Assembly: GCA_964642305.1 (NCBI GenBank)
Contig: CAZXOE010000001.1
Coordinates: forward strand, 1-50,930
Reading direction: 5' to 3'
Length of the DNA stretch: 50,930 bases
Source: an uncultured Candidatus Saccharibacteria bacterium
Lineage (GTDB): Bacteria > Patescibacteriota > Minisyncoccia > Phycocordibacterales > UBA1550
A program made the translations under genes and the position numbers. Position 1 is the first letter of the stretch; each line of letters opens with the position of its first letter. The notes beneath the pieces are model-generated. The model searched no databases. It saw only the letters and a list, made by a program, of their open reading frames with translations, and was not told the DNA's origin. This document shows positions 32,525 through 42,030 of the stretch, piece after piece.

Positions 32525-33538
32525 TTATTTTTTGGCGAGTATGCTTTTCTTGTACGTATCCAAATGCTCAAGCGCAATACCAGTTCCCTTTACCACACAG
32601 TAGAAAGCCTCTTCGGCAAGCACAGCTTTCACACCAGTACGACGCTCCACAAGCTCAGGAAAATTACGAAGCTGAGATGAACCACCTGTCATAATAATCC
32701 CTTGGTCAATAATATCTGCCGAAAGCTCTGGCGGAGTCTCCTGAAGAACGTCTTTAATGGCTCGTATGATTTCGCGAAGTTCCTTATCAATCGCCTTCAC
32801 TATTTCATTAGTCGTCACCTGCGCTGTGCGTGGAAGCCCAGTAACATAATCACGTCCCTTTATAGTCAGCAAAAGCTCGTCATCCATTGGCACCGCTGAA
32901 CCAATACGAACTTTTATCTCCTCTGCTGTCCTATCACCAATAGCAAGATTGAATGTTTTTTTAATATGGTCAGCGATTGCGTGGTCTATTTTGTTACCCG
33001 CGCATTTTACAGAAGAGGATGCAACGATGCCTCCAAGCGAGATCACCGCTACATCTGTCGTGCCTCCACCAATATCCACAACCATGTGTCCACGCGCTTC
33101 ATAAATTGGAATCCCAGCGCCAATAGCAGCAAGAATCGGCTCCTTTACGACATATACATTTTTTGCCCCAGCTTTAATAGTCGCCTCTATCACTGCGCGA
33201 CGCTCAGTAGACGACACACCAGCCGGCACAGAAACCATTACATCTGGTTTCAAAATATTCCACTTACCAAGAGCCTTACTCATATAGTATCGAATCATAG
33301 CCTCGGTCACACGATAGTCCGCAATAACACCATCCTTCATTGGACGATAAGCGACAATATTGTCAGGTGTGCGACCGATCATTTGTTTTGCCTCAACACC
33401 GACAGCCATAATACGGTTGTCCTGCTGGTTTACCGCAACAACCGACGGCTCGTTTAAAACAACTCCTTTCCCAGGAATAAAAACCAGTGTGTTAGCAGTA
33501 CCTAAATCAATTCCAATTTTTGTTACAAATAGTCCCAT
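32525..33538 (-). CDS. mreB: Second MreB-family actin homologue
   Basis: IGIDLGTANTLVF, DIGGGTTDVAVISLGG, GGSSQLRNF. A paralogue of 26291-27340. Confidence 0.92.
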   Translation of the reverse strand: MGLFVTKIGIDLGTANTLVFIPGKGVVLNEPSVVAVNQQDNRIMAVGVEAKQMIGRTPDNIVAYRPMKDGVIADYRVTEAMIRYYMSKALGKWNILKPDVMVSVPAGVSSTERRAVIEATIKAGAKNVYVVKEPILAAIGAGIPIYEARGHMVVDIGGGTTDVAVISLGGIVASSSVKCAGNKIDHAIADHIKKTFNLAIGDRTAEEIKVRIGSAVPMDDELLLTIKGRDYVTGLPRTAQVTTNEIVKAIDKELREIIRAIKDVLQETPPELSADIIDQGIIMTGGSSQLRNFPELVERRTGVKAVLAEEAFYCVVKGTGIALEHLDTYKKSILAKK

Positions 33539-33543
33539 AAAAA

Positions 33544-34854
33544 TTAAGCGATTACCTCTGATACTTCTGGTACCATTTTTGCGCGTTCTATATCAACACC
33601 TATAGCACGTAAGCGTTTTTCCACATCCTCGTACCCACGGTCAATCGTAGTGTCCACATTATGTATGACTGACTCCCCTTTTGCAACTATCGCAGAAATG
33701 ACAAATGCGAGTCCAGCGCGAAGGTCTGGACTTGTAAGCTTGCGCCCACGAAGCTCTGTCTTGCCACGAACAAGGACACGGTGCGGGTCCATCATCACAA
33801 TATTCGCACCCATAGCAGAAAGGGATTCAGTGTAATTCAATCGTCCTTCGAAAATAGTTTCAAAAACTGTACTCTCGCCATCTGCTTGAGTAAGTAATAC
33901 TGTCATCGGCGCCTGAAGGTCCGTTGGAAAGCCAGGATATTCGTGTGTTTTAATATCAACTGGTCGCAATACTGACGGCGCGCGAACAACTATTTCATTT
34001 TTTTTAATCTCAATACCGACTCCAGCGCTACGCAAAATATCAATTGGTGATTCTAGATGAGAAGGGTTACAGTTTGTAATATGTAGCTCGCGAGCTAAAA
34101 GCGCTCCTAGAATCAAAAAACTCCCAGCCTCAATACGGTCTGGCATTGTTTTGTATGGATGACCCTTGCCAGTCAAAAGTTTTCCACCTTTTATTGTTAT
34201 TGTCGGAGTGCCTGCGCCAGAAATTTTTGCTCCGCATTTGTTTAAAAATTCAGCAAGGTCTGCAATCTCTGGCTCCATTGCTGAGTTTTTAATTACAGTT
34301 ATTCCCTTCGCTAGAACACCTGCCATCATAAATGTCTCGGTCACAGTAACGCTCTGATTTTTTAGAAAAAATTCCGCGCCTTTGAGTCCACCCTTTGCCT
34401 CCACAACATACGAGTCATCTTTTATAAAAACCTTTGCTCCCATCTTTTCAAAACCGCTCACAAATAAATCCAAAGGTCTCGCGCCAATAACACACCCACC
34501 TGGATGAGGAAAAGAGACTCTTCCATAGCGCGCGAGAATTGGGCCAGTCGCAACAATTGAAGCGCGCATTTTTTTAGCAATACCAGGCGTTAGTTCTGGC
34601 GCGAAACCTTTTGCTATTGAAACTGAGTAAACACCTTTTTTTGCGCAGAACACCTCCGCTCCCATATCCTTGAGCAATTCAAACATCCTAAGGGTGTCAC
34701 TTATTTCAGGGATATTTGTCAATTTTACAGTATCGCGAAAAAGCACAGTGGAGGCAATTGCCTTTAAAGCGGCATTTTTAGCGCCCGTGACACGCACTGT
34801 GCCATGTAGTTTTCTATCCCCGCCAAGTCCTTTGATAACAAATGTATTACTCAT
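33544..34854 (-). CDS. murA: UDP-N-acetylglucosamine 1-carboxyvinyltransferase
   Basis: VTGAKNAALK and the catalytic Cys loop PGGCVIGARPLDL. Confidence 0.95.
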   Translation of the reverse strand: MSNTFVIKGLGGDRKLHGTVRVTGAKNAALKAIASTVLFRDTVKLTNIPEISDTLRMFELLKDMGAEVFCAKKGVYSVSIAKGFAPELTPGIAKKMRASIVATGPILARYGRVSFPHPGGCVIGARPLDLFVSGFEKMGAKVFIKDDSYVVEAKGGLKGAEFFLKNQSVTVTETFMMAGVLAKGITVIKNSAMEPEIADLAEFLNKCGAKISGAGTPTITIKGGKLLTGKGHPYKTMPDRIEAGSFLILGALLARELHITNCNPSHLESPIDILRSAGVGIEIKKNEIVVRAPSVLRPVDIKTHEYPGFPTDLQAPMTVLLTQADGESTVFETIFEGRLNYTESLSAMGANIVMMDPHRVLVRGKTELRGRKLTSPDLRAGLAFVISAIVAKGESVIHNVDTTIDRGYEDVEKRLRAIGVDIERAKMVPEVSEVIA

Positions 34855-34940
34855 ATATATTAGGTATGTCCCATCTTACTATGTAAATTGTGTTTTGACC
34901 AAATTTTCATATTCTTTGGCTTTTGCTATAAGATGAATGT

Positions 34941-36917
34941 ATGCAAATTATCACTGTTGCTCCTATCGCGCGTGGCGCTCTTCAAGGCGAGCTAACCTAT
35001 TTTTCCAAAGAACCGATTAGTGTGGGGATGGTTGTTGTGGCGCCTATACGCAAGCGAGAGGTGCCAGCTATAGTGCTTGAGTGTCGCGAAGTTTCTGAAG
35101 AAAGATCGTCTATCAGGTCGTCAGATTATGCTATTAGGAAAATATCTCGTTCTAAGCCACAAAGAATCTGGTTACCTACATTTCTGAAAGCAGTAGAGAG
35201 AACAGCAGACTTATCAGCACAAAAACTCGGTGAAGTACTGCTAGCGCTCACTCCAAAAACAATATTAGATGCGCACCTTGAGGGTCTTCTAAAAGATCCC
35301 GTCATTAATGATGAAGTGGGTAAATCTGAAATTCTCGCGATTCAAGGCAACACAGAAACTCGTTATAAGGAGTACCAGCGACTTGTCCGTGAATCATTTG
35401 CGCGTCACGAATCTGTTTTTATTTGCGCGCCAACAGAGGAAGATGTACTGCGTTTAACAAAGGAAATTGGACGCGGGATAGAAGACTATACATACGCGCT
35501 TTATAGTAGTATTCCAAAAAAGAAAGTTCTTCTAATGTGGAAAAATATTTTAAATGAAGAACATGCGATTCTAATTGTAGGCACCACGCAATACCTCTCG
35601 CTCCCTAGACATTTCAAAGCAATAGTACTTGACGAAGAACACTCACATGCATGGAAGACTATTTCACGACCGCTGTTAGACCTACGTGTATTTGTGGAGG
35701 AATACGCAAAGGCAACTGGAAGTAGGCTAATCATAGGCGCGCCGATACTTCGCGCGGAAACACACGAGCGTATCAAAAACGGAAAGATTGGAGAATATGG
35801 TCGCATAGCCATGCACGCGCGAGAAAACACAAAAACGCTTCTAGTTGACCCAAGAAATGAGGAAAAATCTGTGAGAGAAAATACCGGCAAGCGAGATATG
35901 GTACTCGTAACAAGAGAACTAAAGGAACTTTTGGAAAATTCGCTGGAACAAGGAGAAAATGTGTTCCTTCTCTCTGCGAGAAAGGGTCTTGCTCCTGTAA
36001 CGACATGTGGCGACTGTGGCGCGCTAGTGCGATGTCCAGAGTGTGATGTGCCTTTAGTAATTCATCGCATTAGAGGCGGTGCGCCGCTGCATAAATTCGC
36101 GGCCTCTAACGCGACAGGTCAAAAAGAGTCGCCTGCAGGAGAAACGCAAATATTTGTATGTCACGGATGTGGCTTTATGCGCGTACCAGAAAACAATGTG
36201 AATGAAACCTGTCCTGCTTGTGGAGGCTGGCGACTCCAGGGTGTTGGCATCGGCATTGATCGCATTGACGATGAAATTAAAAAACTTTTCCCAAAAACAC
36301 ACCGATTCATTTTAGACAGCGATCGCGCGAAAACTCGCTCTCAAGCGAAAAAGATTATTGATCAATTTGAAAAATCAAAAGGTGGTGTGCTTATAGCAAC
36401 ACCAATGGCGCTCCCGCTTTTATGTTCTGTGGCTAATACTGCAATCATTTCCATAGATTCGCTTTTTTCTATCCCAGACATTCGTATGTCAGAGCGAATT
36501 TTTGCACTCGTGCTCGCGCTCCGCGAGAAAACCAGAAGTAAGCTTCTCATTCAAACACGCGCGGATGATACTGCTATTTTTGAACAAGCTCTGTCGGGAG
36601 ACCTAGCTAGCTTTACAGAAAATGAACTTGCGATTAGAAAAGCATTTTCATACCCTCCATATGGCACCATTATTAAGATTACCTTGCGTGGCAAACGAGC
36701 GGAGGTCGCGGGGGAGATTGAAAGACTGAAAACTTTTTTGGGAAGTTATGCTCCAATAGTTCCGGGAACCATGGCAAGAGAGCCAAAAAATATTTTTCGT
36801 ATGCATATGATTTTGAAACTCGCAGATGGCAACTGGCTAAACAATGAACTTCTCGCGAAGCTTCGAGCGCTTCCAATGCAGTTTACTGTTGAGGTAAATC
36901 CTGACAATCTGCTTTAA
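34941..36917 (+). CDS. priA: Primosomal protein N' (replication restart helicase PriA)
   Basis: DExH box VLDEEHSHAWK and zinc-binding cysteines (CGDCG...CPECD, CHGCG...CPACG). Confidence 0.88.
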   Translation: MQIITVAPIARGALQGELTYFSKEPISVGMVVVAPIRKREVPAIVLECREVSEERSSIRSSDYAIRKISRSKPQRIWLPTFLKAVERTADLSAQKLGEVLLALTPKTILDAHLEGLLKDPVINDEVGKSEILAIQGNTETRYKEYQRLVRESFARHESVFICAPTEEDVLRLTKEIGRGIEDYTYALYSSIPKKKVLLMWKNILNEEHAILIVGTTQYLSLPRHFKAIVLDEEHSHAWKTISRPLLDLRVFVEEYAKATGSRLIIGAPILRAETHERIKNGKIGEYGRIAMHARENTKTLLVDPRNEEKSVRENTGKRDMVLVTRELKELLENSLEQGENVFLLSARKGLAPVTTCGDCGALVRCPECDVPLVIHRIRGGAPLHKFAASNATGQKESPAGETQIFVCHGCGFMRVPENNVNETCPACGGWRLQGVGIGIDRIDDEIKKLFPKTHRFILDSDRAKTRSQAKKIIDQFEKSKGGVLIATPMALPLLCSVANTAIISIDSLFSIPDIRMSERIFALVLALREKTRSKLLIQTRADDTAIFEQALSGDLASFTENELAIRKAFSYPPYGTIIKITLRGKRAEVAGEIERLKTFLGSYAPIVPGTMAREPKNIFRMHMILKLADGNWLNNELLAKLRALPMQFTVEVNPDNLL

Positions 36918-36951
36918 AAAAAGCCTTAAGTAGGCTATACTCCTTAATATT

Positions 36952-37560
36952 ATGGTCAAGATTGTCCAAAAGGAAGACCCGGTGTTACGCGAAATTGCGG
37001 AGCCGGTAAATTCAAAAGATTTCGGTTCACCACGTCTCAAAAAAATTCTGGAGGACATGGCGACTGCTCTGGAAAAAGAAGAAGACGGTGTGGCAATAGC
37101 GGCTCCACAAATAGGCGTTTCTCTACGCATTTTTATAGTGTCTCATCGAGCCTTTGAGTACGAAGACGAAGAAGATGAGCGCGAAATCGAACTAGAGAAT
37201 ATTAATTCAGATTATGTAAGTCTCGCAAAGCCTCCGCTTCATAAAAAACCAATCCGCTCAGATATGGTCTTCATCAATCCTGTGATTACAAAACTTTCGC
37301 GCAAGAAAAAATGGGTTCCTGAAGGGTGCCTCTCAGTGCGGTGGCTATATGGTGAAGTATCTCGCGCAGAAAAAGCAACTGTGCGCGCCTACGACCAAAA
37401 CGGAAAAATATTTACATGGGGAGGGAGCGGTTTATTAGCTCAAATATTTCAACACGAGACTGACCATCTAAACGGCGCTCTTTTTGTGGACACTGCACGC
37501 AACGTAGAAAAAATAACAGCAGAAGAACAGGAAATAAGGCGTAGGGAACAAGCAAAATAA
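36952..37560 (+). CDS. def: Peptide deformylase with acidic insertion
   Basis: GVAIAAPQIG, EGCLS, QHETDHLNG. Confidence 0.93.
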   Translation: MVKIVQKEDPVLREIAEPVNSKDFGSPRLKKILEDMATALEKEEDGVAIAAPQIGVSLRIFIVSHRAFEYEDEEDEREIELENINSDYVSLAKPPLHKKPIRSDMVFINPVITKLSRKKKWVPEGCLSVRWLYGEVSRAEKATVRAYDQNGKIFTWGGSGLLAQIFQHETDHLNGALFVDTARNVEKITAEEQEIRRREQAK

Positions 37561-38441
37561 TGCACGAAAACAAGTCAGAAATAAAAATCGCGTTTTGGGG
37601 CACATCACGAATTTCTGTCATCGTGCTAGACGAGATGGCGCGCGAAGGAATGTTCCCCTCTCTCATTGTTACAGCGCCACCAAAACAGAAAGGTCGCGGA
37701 CTTGAAATGTCTCCAAGTGAAGTAAAAGTTTGGGCAGACGCCCACAATGTCGCAACACTTGAACCAGAAGAAATTAAATCTGATGAATTTTTAAAGATAC
37801 TTGGTGCGGACTGGGACCTTTTTGTAGTAGCCTCATACGGGAAAATTATTCCACAAAATATCCTTGATCTGCCAAAATATGGCACACTCAATGTTCATCC
37901 ATCGCTGTTGCCAAAACTTCGTGGCGCTTCCCCTATCCAGTCGGCGATCCTAGAAGACGCTCCAATCGGAGAACCTCATGACTGTGGTGTAACCATTATG
38001 CTTATTGATGAAGAAGTGGATCACGGGCCAATCGTCACTCAAGAAAAAATTACCGTGCCAAACTGGCCACCAAAAGGAAAGGATTTTGAGGAGATGCTCG
38101 GGATTCTCGGTGGGAAACTTTTAGTGGAAACAATTCCGCTTTGGATTGCTGGAAGTATCACTCCAAAAGAGCAAGATCACGAGGAAGCAACGTGGACAAA
38201 AAAAATGACGAGTGGAAGCGGGCAAATTTATTTGGATGACGACCCTATGCGAATGTACAGAAAAATCCGCGCGTTTGATTCCTGGCCTCGCGCTTATTTT
38301 ATGACTACAAGAAACAACAGAGAGATACGCGTAGTAGTTACAGAGGCGCACATTGCAAACGGGGCGCTCGTCCTTGATCACGTCATCCCCGAAGGCAAGA
38401 AAGAAATGCCGTACGAGGATTTTATGAGGGGGCAGAAATAA
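37560..38441 (+). CDS. fmt: Methionyl-tRNA formyltransferase
   Basis: NVHPSLLPKLRGASPIQ. Start overlaps the def stop (def-fmt operon). Confidence 0.9.
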   Translation: MHENKSEIKIAFWGTSRISVIVLDEMAREGMFPSLIVTAPPKQKGRGLEMSPSEVKVWADAHNVATLEPEEIKSDEFLKILGADWDLFVVASYGKIIPQNILDLPKYGTLNVHPSLLPKLRGASPIQSAILEDAPIGEPHDCGVTIMLIDEEVDHGPIVTQEKITVPNWPPKGKDFEEMLGILGGKLLVETIPLWIAGSITPKEQDHEEATWTKKMTSGSGQIYLDDDPMRMYRKIRAFDSWPRAYFMTTRNNREIRVVVTEAHIANGALVLDHVIPEGKKEMPYEDFMRGQK

Positions 38442-38580
38442 AAAATCCCCTTAAAACAAGGGGATTTTTGAATAAAACTCTCAGAGCGAGTTAAGTCATT
38501 TTAAGGGGGTTTCGAGCGCGACTGGCGCGAGAACTTCAGGATTTTTTAAGCTTAAAAAAATCCGTACCCTTAAAAGGAAC

Positions 38581-39228
38581 TTACCGAGCGACTTCTATCT
38601 TCTCAATTATCATATCCTCAATCGGACGGTCGTTCTGACCTGTTTTGTTATTCTCGATTGCAGACACTACATCCATGCCTGCGATAACTTTTCCGAATAC
38701 CGTGTGCTTGGTATCAAGGAAGTTATTGTTTGCTGTGTTGATGAAAAACTGACTTCCATTTGTGTTTGGGCCGGAGTTTGCCATTGAAATTGTGCCGATG
38801 ACATTTTTGTTTTCAGTGCTGAGCTCATCTGCAAAGCTGTACCCTGGGCCACCTGTCCCCCATCTCGGCTGATTCGAAACATCCTTTGAAAGTGGGTCCC
38901 CACCCTGAATCATGAAGCCTTTGATGACGCGGTGAAAACGCGTGCCATTATAAAATCCTTCTTTTGCGAGCTTTGTAAAATTCTCTACTGTCTTTGGTTT
39001 TAGGTCTCCAAATAGTTCAAGCGTAATTGCTCCCTGATTTGTTGTCATTGTTACTGTTGTCATATTTTTTTCTGAATTATTTGTTTCTGGATTTATTTCA
39101 ATTTTATTTTCTGTTGCAACTGGTGGGGTTATATCTATCGGTTGTACTTTTTTTGTTCCACTAACCCAGACGATAAAAATAATAAATGATACCGCAATAG
39201 CAGTAAGAATATAATTTTGTGTACTCAT
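38581..39228 (-). CDS. ppiB: Membrane-anchored cyclophilin-type peptidyl-prolyl isomerase
   Basis: N-terminal TM plus FHRVIKGFMIQGGDP and SMANSGPNTNGSQFFI. Confidence 0.9.
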   Translation of the reverse strand: MSTQNYILTAIAVSFIIFIVWVSGTKKVQPIDITPPVATENKIEINPETNNSEKNMTTVTMTTNQGAITLELFGDLKPKTVENFTKLAKEGFYNGTRFHRVIKGFMIQGGDPLSKDVSNQPRWGTGGPGYSFADELSTENKNVIGTISMANSGPNTNGSQFFINTANNNFLDTKHTVFGKVIAGMDVVSAIENNKTGQNDRPIEDMIIEKIEVAR

Positions 39229-39247
39229 AATTTTGTGTCATTAATAG

Positions 39248-39619
39248 CTACTTCTCTCGTCCAAATCGGAGCATATTTTTAATCATCCCTGCGCCTTTAC
39301 GCACTAGTGTTCTGGTCTTTTCCTTGTGTGATGAGAGTTCGCGAACGAGCTCGTTGCGCATATCGTCTATTGCCGCGTATAGGTCATCCTTTTCCGATGT
39401 CGCACGAAAATGTTTTCCGCGAACGGTCATATTCACCTCTGCGACAAACACTTCTCCAGACTGATGATGGTTCGTTGTCTTTCCGATTTCAACATTAACT
39501 ACTGGTTCTTCATTTTCGTGCGGAATAGCAAACTTTTCCACACTTCTCATTTTCTCCTCCACGTAATTTTCAATTGCGCTGGTAAGCTCAATTCCTGCTG
39601 TTGTAATTTTGATCTTCAT
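39248..39619 (-). CDS. hpf: Ribosome hibernation promoting factor / RaiA family (short form)
   Basis: MKIKITTAGIELTSAIENYVEEK... is typical of S30AE/HPF. Confidence 0.85.
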   Translation of the reverse strand: MKIKITTAGIELTSAIENYVEEKMRSVEKFAIPHENEEPVVNVEIGKTTNHHQSGEVFVAEVNMTVRGKHFRATSEKDDLYAAIDDMRNELVRELSSHKEKTRTLVRKGAGMIKNMLRFGREK

Positions 39620-39779
39620 CCCGTTAGAGGTAGGAAATTATTCGCAATTTCCGTAGTTAATTAATGGTTAGTAATATTTCGACATACCACCTTATAATCC
39701 CCAAAAGGCCAGTACATAACTGAATGACCTCTAACGGGATTCATACTGACATTATATCACCACTTAAAAAGTATGCCAA
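39618..39779 (-). promoter_or_regulatory. hpf promoter plus structured 5' leader with start-codon-occluding long-range helix and 18-codon uORF
   Basis: Minus strand: TTGGCA(39779-39774)-N17-TATAAT(39756-39751). A 14-bp helix pairs 39740-39727 with 39631-39618 and includes the AU of the hpf AUG. The uORF spans 39717-39661 (MYWPFGDYKVVCRNITNH), and its GAGG lies in the 5' arm. Confidence 0.5.
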
Positions 39780-39797
39780 GAAAAAGGACCAGCTTTT

Positions 39798-40019
39798 CTA
39801 ATCGGGGATTGAAAGGATCTTCCCAGGGCTGTGATGCCCGGAAATGATACGGATCTGCTTTGGCTCAATATTATAGTGCTTTGCTATTAGCTCCAGAACT
39901 CGCCTGTTGGCAAGGTTTTGCTCTGCTGGTTCCTTTACAGAAACCAAAAAAGAATCCTCCGAACCTTGAGTAAGCGCTTCCTTTTTAACCCCAACTGATA
40001 CGCGGACACGAATGTACAT
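39798..40019 (-). CDS. DUF167/YggU-family protein
   Basis: 73 aa. VKEPAEQNLANRRVLELIAKH matches the YggU pattern (P..G.AN..l...la). Confidence 0.65.
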   Translation of the reverse strand: MYIRVRVSVGVKKEALTQGSEDSFLVSVKEPAEQNLANRRVLELIAKHYNIEPKQIRIISGHHSPGKILSIPD

Positions 40020-40022
40020 AAA

Positions 40023-41459
40023 TTATATAACCTCAACCAAAAGCATGTTTGTTCCTCCAATTCGTCCAAATGGGATTCCTGCAGCAATTACTACCTTGTC
40101 CCCTTTTTTTGCAAGTTTACGAGAAATTACATACGAACGCACTTCTTTTATAACATCTTCTATTGTTGTTAGCTTTTCTGCAAGAACAGGTAAGCAACCA
40201 AATGATAATGCAAGCTGTTCAACAACATGTCTTCGTGTACTCATAGCAATAATTGATTGTTCTGGGCGATATCTAGAAATCATACGAGGGGTAAATCCAG
40301 ACTCGGTAAGCGCTACAATTGCCACTGCTCCCACATTTGAGGCTGTACTTACAGTTGCAAAGGTGGTTGAATCAGCAACATCCTTGTATTTACTATGTGT
40401 ATCTACCCTAGAAGTAAGCATGTCTCCATAAAGTGCTTCATGGTGAGGGTATTCTTTTTCTACAGAAACAGCTATGCGTGTCATCATAGAGACTGTTTCT
40501 ACTGGATACTCACCAAGAGCGCTCTCTTCTGAAAGCATGACAGCATCTGCGCCATCTAGAATCGAGTTTGCCACATCAGAAACCTCTGCACGGGTTGGAA
40601 CAGGGCTCTTTATCATCGACTCCATCATCTGTGTTGCAACGATCACCGGTTTACCGAGAGCCTTACATTTTGCAATGATCATTTTTTGAAGAAGTGGCAC
40701 ATGCTCTGCAGGAACTTCCACAGCAAGATCGCCACGCGCCACCATTACGCCATCAGCCTCCATAATAATAGCGTCAATATTCTCTATTGCTTCTTCTGTT
40801 TCAACTTTAGCAATAATCTTTGCTGTAGAACCATGCTTCGCAAGAATACGGCGTAGCTCATTAACATCAGACGCGCGACGCACAAATGAAAGCGCGAAGA
40901 AATCCACCTTGTGTTTAACTCCAAAAAGTAAATCTTTTTTATCTTTTGCTGTAAGACAGGAAATCTTAAGTGACACACCTGGCAAATTTACTCCACGGCG
41001 ACCCTTAGTTTCTCCACCCACGATCACGCGACACTTAATCTCATCTATACTATTGGTCGAAAGTACCTCGAGTTTCTTTTTTCCATCGTCTAGAAGTATT
41101 GAGTCACCTTTTTTAATTTCTTTAGGAAGTGCGGCATAATTTACATATGCTTTTGTCTCATCACCAACACATGCTTTGGTTGTGAGAGTAAACAGTGAAC
41201 CATTTTTAAGTATCACGCGCTCTTGATAAAAATCTCCTATGCGAATCTTTGGGCCAGAAAGATCTTGCAAGATCGCGACTGGAGTACCAAGCTTTTCCCT
41301 TACTGCACGAATATTTTTTACGCGAACCTCGTGCTCTTCGTGTGAGCCGTGAGAAAAATTTAAACGACATACATTCATTCCAGCTTTAGCTAAATTAGTG
41401 AGAATTGTCTCACTCTCAGAAGCCGGCCCAATTGTTGCAACTATTTTTGTTTTTTTCAT
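40023..41459 (-). CDS. pyk: Pyruvate kinase
   Basis: KTKIVATIGPAS, RLNFSHG, MVARGDLAVE. Confidence 0.95.
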   Translation of the reverse strand: MKKTKIVATIGPASESETILTNLAKAGMNVCRLNFSHGSHEEHEVRVKNIRAVREKLGTPVAILQDLSGPKIRIGDFYQERVILKNGSLFTLTTKACVGDETKAYVNYAALPKEIKKGDSILLDDGKKKLEVLSTNSIDEIKCRVIVGGETKGRRGVNLPGVSLKISCLTAKDKKDLLFGVKHKVDFFALSFVRRASDVNELRRILAKHGSTAKIIAKVETEEAIENIDAIIMEADGVMVARGDLAVEVPAEHVPLLQKMIIAKCKALGKPVIVATQMMESMIKSPVPTRAEVSDVANSILDGADAVMLSEESALGEYPVETVSMMTRIAVSVEKEYPHHEALYGDMLTSRVDTHSKYKDVADSTTFATVSTASNVGAVAIVALTESGFTPRMISRYRPEQSIIAMSTRRHVVEQLALSFGCLPVLAEKLTTIEDVIKEVRSYVISRKLAKKGDKVVIAAGIPFGRIGGTNMLLVEVI

Positions 41460-41502
41460 TTTGTATTCTTTAAATTAACGAAGCTGTCATAGTAGCAAAA
41501 TT

Positions 41503-41530
41503 TTGCATTTTCCCCAACTTTTGCTATTAT
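41503..41530 (+). promoter_or_regulatory. Promoter of the tRNA-Asn transcription unit (TTGCAT-N16-TATTAT)
   Basis: TTGCAT at 41503-41508 and TATTAT at 41525-41530. The predicted start lies just before the first tRNA-like unit. Confidence 0.5.
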
Positions 41531-41541
41531 GCACATTGTAT

Positions 41542-41655
41542 TCCGCGGTAGCCGAATCAGCTGATTCTGAATCAGCAGGTTCACATCTTGGGTGAAAGCT
41601 TGGCCATAGACGTGGCAAACCAAATACTATCGTTTGAATTGAATCGAAATTAGAT
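41542..41655 (+). pseudogene. Degenerate tRNA-like unit 1 (tRNA-Asn 5' strand plus anticodon-arm-like hairpin with CUG)
   Basis: Begins with tccgcggtagc, as the real tRNA does. Has a gctga-ttCTGaa-tcagc hairpin (41560-41576) and aggttcacatcttgg resembling the T arm. No matching 3' acceptor strand. Confidence 0.5.
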
Positions 41656-41657
41656 AT

Positions 41658-41750
41658 TCCGCGGTAGCTCAGTGGCAATAGAAATTAGCCAAGCGACTGT
41701 TTAACAGTCATAATGAGCTCCGTAGTTTCAAGGTTACAATATAGACAAAT
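41658..41750 (+). pseudogene. Degenerate tRNA-Asn-like unit 2
   Basis: Shares tccgcggtagctcagtgg (18 nt) and aagcgactgtt (11 nt) with tRNA-Asn, plus cgtagtttcaaggttac versus cgtaggttcgatccctac. Contains insertions and has no 3' acceptor strand. Confidence 0.55.
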
Positions 41751-41752
41751 AT

Positions 41753-41824
41753 TCCGCGGTAGCTCAGTGGTAGAGCAAGCGACTGTTAATCGCTTGGTCG
41801 TAGGTTCGATCCCTACCCGCGGAG
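41753..41824 (+). tRNA. tRNA-Asn (anticodon GTT)
   Basis: Acceptor tccgcgg/ccgcgga, D arm gctc-agtggta-gagc, anticodon arm agcga-ctGTTaa-tcgct, T arm gtagg-ttcgatc-cctac, discriminator G. CCA is not encoded. Confidence 0.92.
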
Positions 41825-41828
41825 CAAT

Positions 41829-41868
41829 AAAAGTAATGACCCTCTTCCTGAGGGTCATTACTTTTATC
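41829..41868. terminator. Terminator after tRNA-Asn (16-bp stem)
   Basis: aaaagtaatgaccctc-ttcct-gagggtcattactttt. Confidence 0.75.
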
Positions 41869-41871
41869 TAG

Positions 41872-41901
41872 CTTCCGCGTGTGTAGGGATCGAACCGTAG
41901 G
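41872..41901 (-). repeat. Inverted relic of the tRNA-Asn 3' half
   Basis: The minus strand reads cctacggttcgatccctacacacgcggaag, versus tRNA gtaggttcgatccctacccgcggag. The T stem is no longer complementary. Confidence 0.6.
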
Positions 41902-42030
41902 CCCACCATTTTAAAGGAGTGCGACGACTATTAAAATGGATGGTCTCGACTGACAAGGAGAGGCGATCCCGTATATTGTCAACCAGGCGAGTCATCGACC
42001 CAAAGGGGCGATCCCGAATCAGCTGATTCG

